DNA from: Burkholderiales bacterium | GTDB taxonomy: Bacteria; Pseudomonadota; Gammaproteobacteria; Burkholderiales; SG8-39 | Length of the DNA stretch: 64,000 nt | Direction: 5' to 3' | Assembly (NCBI GenBank): GCA_035651815.1 | Contig: DASRFB010000042.1 | Coordinates: 243 to 64,242 of the forward strand | Part shown: piece after piece, positions 19,674 through 28,091 of the stretch | Position numbering within the stretch: the stretch's first letter is position 1 | How the letters are laid out: each line of letters opens with the position of its first letter | Notes under the pieces: generated by a model | What the model was told of the DNA's origin: nothing | Seen by the model: the letters and a program-made list of their open reading frames with translations, nothing else | Databases searched by the model: none | Position numbers and translations under genes: made by a program

Positions 19674-20376
19674 CGCCTCGCGGCAGGACGGGCGCGAGGG
19701 GTTCGTCCTGCATACGTATCCCTACCGCGAGACGAGCCTCATCGTCGAGGCGTTCACCCGGACCTTCGGACGCGTGAGCCTGCTCGCCCGCGGTGCGCGC
19801 CGCCCGCGCTCTCCCATGCGCGGCGTGCTGCTGTCGTTCCAGCCGCTGCTCCTGTCCTGGTTCGGCAAGGGCGAGCTGCGGACGATGGCGCGCGCGGAAT
19901 GGGTCGGCGGGCAGCCGCTGCTCGGCGGTCAGGCGCTGCTCTGCGGCTTCTACCTGAACGAGCTGCTGCTGCGGCTGCTGCCGAGGGAAGACCCGCACGA
20001 GATCCTGTTCGCGCAGTACCGGCTCGCGCTGCAGCGTCTCGCCGCGGGAGACGATTCGGGCTCGGTCCTGCGCACCTTCGAGAAGGCCCTGCTGAAGGAG
20101 CTCGGCTACGCGATCGTCCTCGACCGGGACAGCGCCGGGCGCGAGATCGATTCGTCGCGGACTTACCGCTATGATCCCGAGCGTGGGCCGGTCGAGGCCG
20201 CGGCGGGCGAGCCGCTCGTGTCCGGCCGGACCCTCCTCGACATGGCGCGCGACGACTACGGCGACCCCGTGACCCAGCAGCAGAGCAAGGCGCTCATGCG
20301 AGCGCTGATCAATCATCGTCTCGAGCACCAGCCGCTGCGAAGCCGGCAGGTGTTCCGCGACCTGCTGCAGCTGTGA
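19666..20376 (+). CDS. recO: DNA repair protein RecO
   Basis: FVLHTYPYRETSLIVEAFTRTFGRVSLLARGARRP... Occupies the conserved era-recO-pdxJ position. Confidence 0.9.
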   Translation: MTDASRQDGREGFVLHTYPYRETSLIVEAFTRTFGRVSLLARGARRPRSPMRGVLLSFQPLLLSWFGKGELRTMARAEWVGGQPLLGGQALLCGFYLNELLLRLLPREDPHEILFAQYRLALQRLAAGDDSGSVLRTFEKALLKELGYAIVLDRDSAGREIDSSRTYRYDPERGPVEAAAGEPLVSGRTLLDMARDDYGDPVTQQQSKALMRALINHRLEHQPLRSRQVFRDLLQL

Positions 20377-20380
20377 GCCG

Positions 20381-21117
<737 letters not shown>

Positions 21118-21121
<4 letters not shown>

Positions 21122-21504
21122 TTCTCGGCATCGGCACCGATCTGTGCGAGATCGGCCGCATCGAGCGCGCGCTCGAGCGCTGGGGCGAGCGCTTCGCGCA
21201 GCGCGTGCTGGTCGAGTCGGAGCTGCAGCGCTTCCGCCGGCACCGCAAGCCGGCGGCCTACCTCGCGAAGCGTTTCGCCGCGAAGGAGGCTATGTCCAAG
21301 GCGCTCGGCACCGGCATCCATTACCCGGTCAACTGGCACGGCATGTGGGTGGAGAACGCGCGCTCGGGAAAGCCTTCGCTGCGCTTCTCCGGGCCGATGG
21401 CCGCCCTGCTCGAGAAGCGCGGCATCGCCGTGGTGCATCTGTCGCTCACCGACGAGACCGGCATGGCGTGCGCGTTCGTCGTCGTCGAAGGACCCGGACC
21501 GTGA
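21118..21504 (+). CDS. acpS: Holo-ACP synthase
   Basis: MILGIGTDLCEIGRIE ... RFAAKEAMSKALGTG. ATGA overlap with pdxJ. Confidence 0.9.
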
Positions 21505-22511
21505 CGCTCGGACGCGCGATGATCGACATCGCCGGCCTCGAGCCGACGGCCGAGGAGAAGGAGCGCCTGTCGCACCCGCAGGTCGGGGGGCTGATCCTGT
21601 TCGCGCGCAATTTCGAGTCGCCGGCGCAGCTGCGCATGCTCGCGGCCGAGGTGCGCACGCTGCGCGAGCCGCAGCTCCTGATCGCGGTCGACCACGAAGG
21701 CGGCCGCGTGCAGCGCTTCCGCCAGGGATTCACGCGCATCCCGCCGATGCGCTCGATCGGCGCCTGCGGGCGCGACGACGGCGCGCGGCTCGCCCGCGCC
21801 GCGGGCCTCGTCATCGCGGCCGAGCTGCAGGCGCACGGCGTCGACTTCAGCTTCGCGCCGGTGCTCGACGTCGATCACGGAGCGAGCAGCGTCATCGGCG
21901 ACCGCGCGTTCTGCGGCGATGCCGCGATGCTCGCGCATCTCGCCGGCGCCTTCGTCGAGGGTCTGACCGCGGGCGGCATGGCGGCGGTCGGCAAGCATTA
22001 CCCGGGGCACGGCTACGCGAGCGCCGATTCGCACGTCGACATGCCGGTCGACGAGCGCAGCCTCGAGGCGATCGAGGCGAGCGACCTGGTGCCGTATCGC
22101 GAGCTGATCGGGCGCGGGCTCGCGGCGGTGATGCCGGCGCACGTGGTCTACCCGAAGGTCGACGGCCGCCCCGCGGGGTTCTCGCCGGTCTGGCTGCGCG
22201 ATATCCTGCGCGCTCGCCTGGGATTCCAGGGGATGATCTTCAGCGACGACCTCTCGATGGAGGCGGCGACCCAGGGCGGCGGCGTGGTCGAGCGCGCGCG
22301 CGCGGCGCTCGCCGCGGGCTGCGACATGGTGCTCCTGTGCAACGCGCCGGACGCCGCGACGAAGCTGATCGACGGACTCGATGCCGATCCGGTCCCCGAG
22401 GCGCGCGCGGCGCGCATGCGCGGGCGCCGGCTGATGCGGCCCGCGGCTGCGCACGCGGGATACGCGGGTGCCGTGTCGGCTCTCTCGCGCGCCATTCCCG
22501 AGGCGGCGTGA
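21501..22511 (+). CDS. nagZ: Beta-N-acetylhexosaminidase NagZ (GH3)
   Basis: VGGLILFARNF, IAVDHEGGRVQRF, GKHYPGHG, IFSDDLSMEAA. GTG at 21501 overlaps the acpS stop. ATG at 21519 is an alternative start. Confidence 0.88.
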   Translation: MTLGRAMIDIAGLEPTAEEKERLSHPQVGGLILFARNFESPAQLRMLAAEVRTLREPQLLIAVDHEGGRVQRFRQGFTRIPPMRSIGACGRDDGARLARAAGLVIAAELQAHGVDFSFAPVLDVDHGASSVIGDRAFCGDAAMLAHLAGAFVEGLTAGGMAAVGKHYPGHGYASADSHVDMPVDERSLEAIEASDLVPYRELIGRGLAAVMPAHVVYPKVDGRPAGFSPVWLRDILRARLGFQGMIFSDDLSMEAATQGGGVVERARAALAAGCDMVLLCNAPDAATKLIDGLDADPVPEARAARMRGRRLMRPAAAHAGYAGAVSALSRAIPEAA

Positions 22512-22513
22512 GC

Positions 22514-23443
22514 ATGGCGCACGACCACGACCACGATCATCATCACCCGCACGGTGCTCATCACGAGCACGGCATCCGCGGCGCCGCCTTCGCGGCCGGC
22601 ATCGCGCTGAATCTCGCCTTCGTCGTGGTCGAGGCCGTCTACGGCGTCCTCGCGCACTCGATGGCGCTGCTCGCGGACGCCGGCCACAACCTGGGCGACG
22701 TGCTCGCGCTCGGGATCGCGTGGGCGGCGAGCGCGCTCTCGCGGCGCGAGCCGTCGGCGCGCTTCACCTACGGGCTGCGCAGCTCCTCGATCCTCGCGGC
22801 GCTGTTCAACGCGGCGCTGCTCCTGCTCGTCACGGGCGGCATCGCGTGGGAGGCGATCCAACGGCTCGCCGAGCCGGTCGAGGTGTCCGCGATGACCATG
22901 GTCTGGGTGGCGCTCGCCGGGATCGTGGTGAACGGCACGAGCGCGACGCTGTTCGCGCGCCATCGCCACGACATCAACGTCCGCGGCGCCTTCCTGCATC
23001 TCCTCGCCGACGCAGCGGTGTCCGCGGGCACCGTGCTCGCCGGGCTCGGCATCGTCGCGACCGGCTGGCTCTGGCTCGATCCCGTGACCGGTCTCGTCAT
23101 CGCGGCCGTGATCGTCGCGAGCACGTGGGCCCTGCTGCGCGATTCGGTGAGCCTCGCGCTGAACGCGGTGCCCGGGCACATCGATCCGCAGGGCGTGCGC
23201 GGCTACCTGTCGCGGCTGCCGGGCGTGACGGAGGTCCACGACCTGCACATCTGGGGAATGAGCACCACGGAGACGGCGCTGACGGCGCACCTGGTGATGC
23301 CCGCGGGGCATCCGGGCGACGGCTACCTGGCGACGGTCTGCGGGGAGCTTCGCGGGAGCTTCCGCGTGCAGCACGCGACGATCCAGATCGAGACCGGGGA
23401 CACGGCGCACCCGTGTCCGCTCGCGTCGGACCGCGTCGTCTGA
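22514..23443 (+). CDS. czcD: Cation diffusion facilitator family metal efflux transporter (CzcD-like)
   Basis: His-rich N-terminus MAHDHDHDHHHPHGAHHEHG, then SMALLADAGHNLGDV, AFLHLLADA and VHDLHIWGMS. Confidence 0.85.
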   Translation: MAHDHDHDHHHPHGAHHEHGIRGAAFAAGIALNLAFVVVEAVYGVLAHSMALLADAGHNLGDVLALGIAWAASALSRREPSARFTYGLRSSSILAALFNAALLLLVTGGIAWEAIQRLAEPVEVSAMTMVWVALAGIVVNGTSATLFARHRHDINVRGAFLHLLADAAVSAGTVLAGLGIVATGWLWLDPVTGLVIAAVIVASTWALLRDSVSLALNAVPGHIDPQGVRGYLSRLPGVTEVHDLHIWGMSTTETALTAHLVMPAGHPGDGYLATVCGELRGSFRVQHATIQIETGDTAHPCPLASDRVV

Positions 23444-23470
23444 CGCGGCCGGGCCGGACCCAGGCCCGCT

Positions 23471-23527
23471 CGATCTACGCGCTACGCGCGTTCGATCTAC
23501 GCGCTACGCGCGTTCGATATACGCGCC
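23471..23527. repeat. 22-bp tandem direct repeat (2 perfect copies plus a degenerate third) spanning the efp stop codon
   Basis: cgatctacgcgctacgcgcgtt at 23471-23492 is repeated exactly at 23493-23514. The third copy, 23515-23527 (cgatatacgcgcc), is the genuine efp 3' end. Confidence 0.85.
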
Positions 23528-24070
23528 GTCGTTCGTGTTGACCTTGATCTTCTCGCCGGTGCTGACGAAGGGCGGCACCTGGACGATCAGGCCGGTCTCC
23601 GTCTTCGCCGGCTTGAACGAGGTCGTGACAGTCGCGTTCTTGATGTTCGGGTCGGTCTCGGTCACCGTGAGCACCACCGACGCCGGCAGCTCCACGCCGA
23701 TCGGGCGGTCGTTGTGGAAGAGCACCGAGACGTCGGTGTTCGGCAGCAGGTAGCCGCTCTGTCCCTCGAGCATGTCCTCCGAGATCTGGAGCTGCTCGAA
23801 CGTCTCCTTGTCCATGAACACGAAATGCGTGCCGTCGTGGTACAGGTACTGCATGTCGCGGTTGTCGATCGAAACGCGCTCGACCTTGTCCTCGGTGCGG
23901 ATGCGCTGGTTGCTCTTGGTGCCGCTCTCGATGTCCTTCATCTCGACCTGCATGAAGGCGCCGCCGCGGCCGCCGACGTGCACGTGATAGCATTTCAGCA
24001 CGCGCCAGATGCGCTTCTCCCACTCGAGCAGGGTTCCGACGCGGATTTCGGTTGCGAGGATCTTGGCCAT
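23504..24070 (-). CDS. efp: Elongation factor P
   Basis: MAKILATEIRVGTLLEW...HVGGRGGAFMQVEMKD ... KPAKTETGLIVQVPPFVSTGEKIKVNTNDGAYIERA. ATG at 24070 chosen inside track ORF 23504-24097. Confidence 0.9.
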   Translation of the reverse strand: MAKILATEIRVGTLLEWEKRIWRVLKCYHVHVGGRGGAFMQVEMKDIESGTKSNQRIRTEDKVERVSIDNRDMQYLYHDGTHFVFMDKETFEQLQISEDMLEGQSGYLLPNTDVSVLFHNDRPIGVELPASVVLTVTETDPNIKNATVTTSFKPAKTETGLIVQVPPFVSTGEKIKVNTNDGAYIERA

Positions 24071-24127
24071 GGGAGTTCGCTTCGCGGGCTTGCGCAAAAG
24101 CGCGGGATTTTACAACGAATCGGGCCC

Positions 24128-24808
24128 GTGACGGAACGTCTTCCACGCGCCTGCCCGGGTTACGACCCGGGCTGCCGCGACTGCCCGAGGCTCGCCGCCC
24201 ACCTCGACGCGGTCCGGGCGCGGCATCCCGATTACCACGCGCGGCCGGTCGCGCCGTTCGGGTCCGCGCGGGTGCGGCTGCTCGTCGTCGGGCTCGCGCC
24301 CGGGATGCACGGGGCGAACCGCACCGGGCGGCCGTTCACCGGCGACCATGCCGGGCTTCTGCTCTACCGCACGCTGCACCGTTTCGGCTTCGCGAGCCGG
24401 CCGGAGTCCGCGGGCGCGGGCGACGGCTTGCGGCTGATCGCGTGCCGGATCACGAACGCGGTGAAGTGCCTGCCGCCCGCGAACAAGCCGCTTCCCGGGG
24501 AGGTCGCGCGCTGCAACCGGCATCTCGCCGCGGAGATCGCCGATCTGCGTCCGCGCGCGCTGCTCGCGCTCGGCGCGATCGCCCACGGCGCGGTGCTGCG
24601 GGCGCTCGCGCTCAGGCCCTCGGCGTTCCCGTTCGCGCATCATGCAGTGCATGACCTGCCGCGCGGGCCGTTCGTTCCCGACGGGGCGCGGCTTTTCGAT
24701 AGCTACCACTGCAGCCGCTATAATACGCAGACGAGGCGGCTCACCGAGGCGATGTTCGCGGCGGTGCTCCGCGATCTCTCCACCTTCCTCAACGGCGCCG
24801 CACGATGA
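24128..24808 (+). CDS. Uracil-DNA glycosylase superfamily protein (family 5/UdgB-like, Fe-S type)
   Basis: CPGYDPGCRDCPRL (Cys cluster), GLAPGMHGANRTGRPFTGD (motif A), SYHCSRYN (motif B). The GTG start at 24128 is uncertain. In frame with track ORF 23714-24808. Confidence 0.78.
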   Translation: MTERLPRACPGYDPGCRDCPRLAAHLDAVRARHPDYHARPVAPFGSARVRLLVVGLAPGMHGANRTGRPFTGDHAGLLLYRTLHRFGFASRPESAGAGDGLRLIACRITNAVKCLPPANKPLPGEVARCNRHLAAEIADLRPRALLALGAIAHGAVLRALALRPSAFPFAHHAVHDLPRGPFVPDGARLFDSYHCSRYNTQTRRLTEAMFAAVLRDLSTFLNGAAR

Positions 24809-26661
24809 CACCCCGAGGCACCAGCGCGAGCGGGGCGGTGCCCGACTCGGCGCCCCGCGCGCCGTTCGACTCCGCGGCCTTCGTCGCCAAGCTGCCGTCG
24901 CGGCCCGGCGTGTACCGCATGCTCGGCGCCTCGGGCGAGGTGCTCTACGTCGGCAAGGCCGGAGACCTGAAGAAGCGCGTGTCCTCGTACTTCCAGAAAT
25001 CCGGGCACGAGCCGCGCATCGCGCACATGATCGGCCAGGTCGCCGGCGTCGAGATCACCGTCACGCGCTCGGAGGCCGAGGCGCTGATCCTCGAGAACAA
25101 TCTCATCAAGTCGATGGCGCCGCGGTACAACATCCTGTTCCGCGACGACAAGTCCTATCCGTACCTGATGCTGAGCGGCGGCCGCTTCCCGCGGCTCGGG
25201 TTCCACCGCGGCGCTATGGACAAGGCTAACCGCTACTACGGACCGTTCCCGCACGCGGGCGCGGTGCGCGAGAGCATCCAGCTGCTGCAGCGCGTGTTCC
25301 GGTTGCGCACCTGCGAGGACTCGGTGTTCCAGAACCGCTCGCGTCCGTGCCTGCTGCACCAGATCCGGCGCTGCACCGCGCCGTGCGTCGGCCTGGTCGA
25401 GGAGCACAGCTACGGCGAGGACGTGGCGAGCGCGAGCCTGTTCCTCGAGGGCCGCAGCGACGACGTGGTGAAGCGCCTCGAGACCAGGATGCAGGCCGCC
25501 GCGGACGCGATGCGATACGAGGAGGCGGCGGCCTATCGCGACCAGTTGCAGTCGCTCTCGCGCGTCAGCCAGCGCCAGTACGCGGACACCGGCGCGGAGG
25601 TCGACACCGACATCGTGGCGGTCGTCGACGAGCACGGCCTGGTTTGCGTGAACCTCGTGATGGTGCGCGGCGGACGCCAGCTCGGCGACCGCAGCTTCTT
25701 CCCGCAGAACGCGAGAGGGGCCGACCGCGCCGAGGTGCTGCGCGCGTTCGTCGCGCAGCACTACCTCGAGCGCCCGATCCCGCCGGTGCTGGTGCTGGGC
25801 GAGGGCGCCGACGCGGAAGACCTCGAGCGGCTGCTCTGCGAGCACGCGAAGCGGCACGTGCGCGTCGTGACGCGGCCGATCGGCGAGCGGCGCGCCTGGC
25901 TCGACGCCGCGCACGAGAACGCGCGCCAGGCGCTCGCGCAGCGGCTCTCCGAGCAGGCGACGCAGGAAGTGCGGCTCGCGGCGATGCGCGAGGCGCTCGG
26001 GCTGCCCGACACGGTGCAGCGCATCGAGTGCTTCGACGTGAGCCACACGATGGGCGAAGCGACCGTGGCCTCGTGCGTGGTCTACGACCGCAAGGACATG
26101 CGCCGCGGCGAGTACCGGCGCTACAACATCGAGGGCGTGACGCCCGGCGACGACTACGCGGCGCTCGCGCAGGCGCTCTCGCGCCGCTACGGCCGCATCG
26201 CGGGCGGCGAGGGCGTCGCGCCCGACCTGATCTTCATCGACGGCGGCAAGGGGCAGGTGAGCGCGGCGAAGCAGGCGCTGGTCGAGACGGGGCTCTCCGA
26301 CATCTGCCTCGTCGGCATCGCGAAAGGTCCGGAGCGCAAGCCCGGGCTCGAGGAGCTCTGGGTCGGCGATCGCAGCGTGCAGCTCGCGCCCGATCATCCC
26401 GGGCTGCACCTCGTGCAGCAGATCCGCGACGAGGCGCACCGCTTCGCGATCACGGGACACCGGGCGCGGCGCGGGAAGAAGCGCATGACCTCGACGCTCG
26501 AGGGCATCAGCGGCATCGGCGCCAAGCGCCGCCGCCAGCTGCTCACGCGCTTCGGCGGCCTGAAGGGGGTGCTGGGCGCGAGCATCGAGGACCTGGCGCA
26601 GGTCGAAGGCATCAGCCGCAAGCTCGCCGAGAAGATCTACCAGGAGCTCCATGCTGCTTAA
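24805..26661 (+). CDS. uvrC: Excinuclease ABC subunit C
   Basis: PGVYRMLGASGEVLYVGKAGDLKKRVSSYF (GIY-YIG), UVR domain, FDVSH, and a C-terminal (HhH)2. ATGA overlap with the upstream UDG gene. Confidence 0.95.
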   Translation: MTPRGTSASGAVPDSAPRAPFDSAAFVAKLPSRPGVYRMLGASGEVLYVGKAGDLKKRVSSYFQKSGHEPRIAHMIGQVAGVEITVTRSEAEALILENNLIKSMAPRYNILFRDDKSYPYLMLSGGRFPRLGFHRGAMDKANRYYGPFPHAGAVRESIQLLQRVFRLRTCEDSVFQNRSRPCLLHQIRRCTAPCVGLVEEHSYGEDVASASLFLEGRSDDVVKRLETRMQAAADAMRYEEAAAYRDQLQSLSRVSQRQYADTGAEVDTDIVAVVDEHGLVCVNLVMVRGGRQLGDRSFFPQNARGADRAEVLRAFVAQHYLERPIPPVLVLGEGADAEDLERLLCEHAKRHVRVVTRPIGERRAWLDAAHENARQALAQRLSEQATQEVRLAAMREALGLPDTVQRIECFDVSHTMGEATVASCVVYDRKDMRRGEYRRYNIEGVTPGDDYAALAQALSRRYGRIAGGEGVAPDLIFIDGGKGQVSAAKQALVETGLSDICLVGIAKGPERKPGLEELWVGDRSVQLAPDHPGLHLVQQIRDEAHRFAITGHRARRGKKRMTSTLEGISGIGAKRRRQLLTRFGGLKGVLGASIEDLAQVEGISRKLAEKIYQELHAA

Positions 26662-27259
26662 CATCCTCAACGTCCCGAACATCCTCACGTTCCTGCGGAT
26701 CCTGATGATCCCGCTCGTGATCGGGGTGTTCTACTTCCCCGAGAGCTGGCTCACCGGTCCGGAGAAGAACTTCACCGCGACGGCGCTCTTCGCCGCCGCC
26801 GCGCTCACCGACTGGCTCGACGGCTATCTCGCGCGCAAGCTCAACCAGATGTCGGCCTTCGGCGCCTTCCTCGACCCGGTCGCCGACAAGCTGATGGTCG
26901 CGAGCGCGCTGATCGTGCTCGTGTGGCTCGACCGCCTCGATCCCCTGATCGGCATCATCATCATCGGGCGCGAGATCGCCATCTCAGCGCTGCGCGAGTG
27001 GATGGCGCGGATCGGCGAGGCGAAGAGCGTCGCGGTGAACTTTCTCGGCAAGATCAAGACCATCTCCCAGATGATCGCGATCCCGCTGCTGCTCTTCCAC
27101 GAGCGGGTCGGCTCCCTGGACGCGCAGCGCATCGGCACGTACCTCATCTGGCTCGCCGCGCTCTTGACCTTGATCTCCATGGTTTATTACCTGAAGCTCG
27201 CCGCCCCGGGCGTGGAGCGCACCCTCTCCGGCTTGACCCCCGGGAGGCGGCGCCCGTAA
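26651..27259 (+). CDS. pgsA: CDP-diacylglycerol-glycerol-3-phosphate 3-phosphatidyltransferase
   Basis: NIPNILTFLRILMIPL, and TDWLDGYLARKLNQMSAFGAFLDPVADK (CDP-alcohol phosphatidyltransferase motif). Confidence 0.93.
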   Translation: MLLNILNVPNILTFLRILMIPLVIGVFYFPESWLTGPEKNFTATALFAAAALTDWLDGYLARKLNQMSAFGAFLDPVADKLMVASALIVLVWLDRLDPLIGIIIIGREIAISALREWMARIGEAKSVAVNFLGKIKTISQMIAIPLLLFHERVGSLDAQRIGTYLIWLAALLTLISMVYYLKLAAPGVERTLSGLTPGRRRP

Positions 27260-27275
27260 AATTCGCTTTCGTTTC

Positions 27276-27351
27276 GCGGGAGTAGCTCAGTTGGTAGAGC
27301 GTAACCTTGCCAAGGTTAAGGTCGCGAGTTCGAGACTCGTCTCCCGCTCCA
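27276..27351 (+). tRNA. tRNA-Gly (anticodon GCC)
   Basis: 76 nt. Acceptor gcgggag/ctcccgc, anticodon arm taacc-ttGCCaa-ggtta, T-loop ttcgaga, encoded CCA. Confidence 0.95.
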
Positions 27352-27361
27352 GATACACGGT

Positions 27362-27393
27362 AAAACGAAGCGACTAGCTTCGTTTTGCTTTTT
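27362..27393 (+). terminator. Strong intrinsic terminator-like hairpin between tRNA-Gly and tRNA-Cys
   Basis: aaaacgaagc-gacta-gcttcgtttt forms a perfect 10-bp stem, followed by gcttttt. It is conspicuously AT-rich for this genome. Confidence 0.7.
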
Positions 27394-27415
27394 CGGGGTC
27401 AACGGGCCTCGCGGC

Positions 27416-27489
27416 GGCGGGATGGCAGAGTGGTCATGCAGCGGCCTGCAAAGCCGTGGACGCCGGTTCGATTCCGACTCCCGCCTCCA
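27416..27489 (+). tRNA. tRNA-Cys (anticodon GCA)
   Basis: 74 nt. Acceptor ggcggga/tcccgcc, anticodon loop ctGCAaa, T-loop ttcgatt (one C-A mismatch in the T stem), encoded CCA. Confidence 0.88.
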
Positions 27490-27517
27490 ATTTCCAACCT
27501 CGCCGGCCGCTGAATTG

Positions 27518-27985
27518 ATGTCGGAATCCTGGTCCACGCGCCTGGCGCGCTGGGGGTTCAACCTGTTTCCGGCGTACCGGGGCACCGGCGCGCGGATCGC
27601 GTACATCCGCGGCGACTGGAGCGAGATCCGGGTGCGGCTGCCGCTGTCCTGGCGCTCGCGCAACTACGTCGGCACGATCTACGGCGGCTCCATGTACGGG
27701 GCGGTCGATCCCGTCTACATGATCATGCTGATGAAGCTCCTCGGTCCGGGATACACCGTGTGGGACAAGGCGGCATCGATCCGCTTCCGCCGTCCCGGCC
27801 GCGACACGCTGTACGCGACCTTCGCCGTCGGCGAAGACGTCGTCGCCGCGATCCGCGACGAGCTCACGCGCGTGCCGAAGCTCGATCGCGTGTTCACGGT
27901 CGACCTGGCTGACGCGGCCGGCACGGTCCACGCGACCGTGGAAAAAGTGCTCCACATCAGCTTGCGCCAGCCCGGTCCGGGATAG
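27518..27985 (+). CDS. DUF4442-like hotdog-fold (thioesterase-like) protein
   Basis: RLARWGFNLFPAYRGTGARIAYIRGDWSEIRVRLPLSWRSRNYVGTIYGGSMYGAVDP... ATG at 27518 chosen so as not to overlap tRNA-Cys. Family name is from recollection. Confidence 0.6.
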   Translation: MSESWSTRLARWGFNLFPAYRGTGARIAYIRGDWSEIRVRLPLSWRSRNYVGTIYGGSMYGAVDPVYMIMLMKLLGPGYTVWDKAASIRFRRPGRDTLYATFAVGEDVVAAIRDELTRVPKLDRVFTVDLADAAGTVHATVEKVLHISLRQPGPG

Positions 27986-28091
27986 TACCCGGATGGTGCA
28001 GGGGAACTACCCGCTCCCGGTCGTCGCGGTGTCGCGGTAACGCCCGAACCGGAACAATGGGGCGCCCTTCGGCGTCAGACCGACACGCCCC

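Noticed and set aside
22514-22573. Repetitive cac/gac/cat codon run at the start of the CDF transporter as a hypervariable repeat
   Set aside because: It encodes a His/Asp-rich metal-binding N-terminus, which is common in CzcD-type transporters. There is no evidence of phase-variable length.
23471-23527. Possible mini-CRISPR or other repeat array
   Set aside because: There are only two and a bit directly abutting 22-bp copies, with no spacers and no cas genes. This is a simple tandem duplication.
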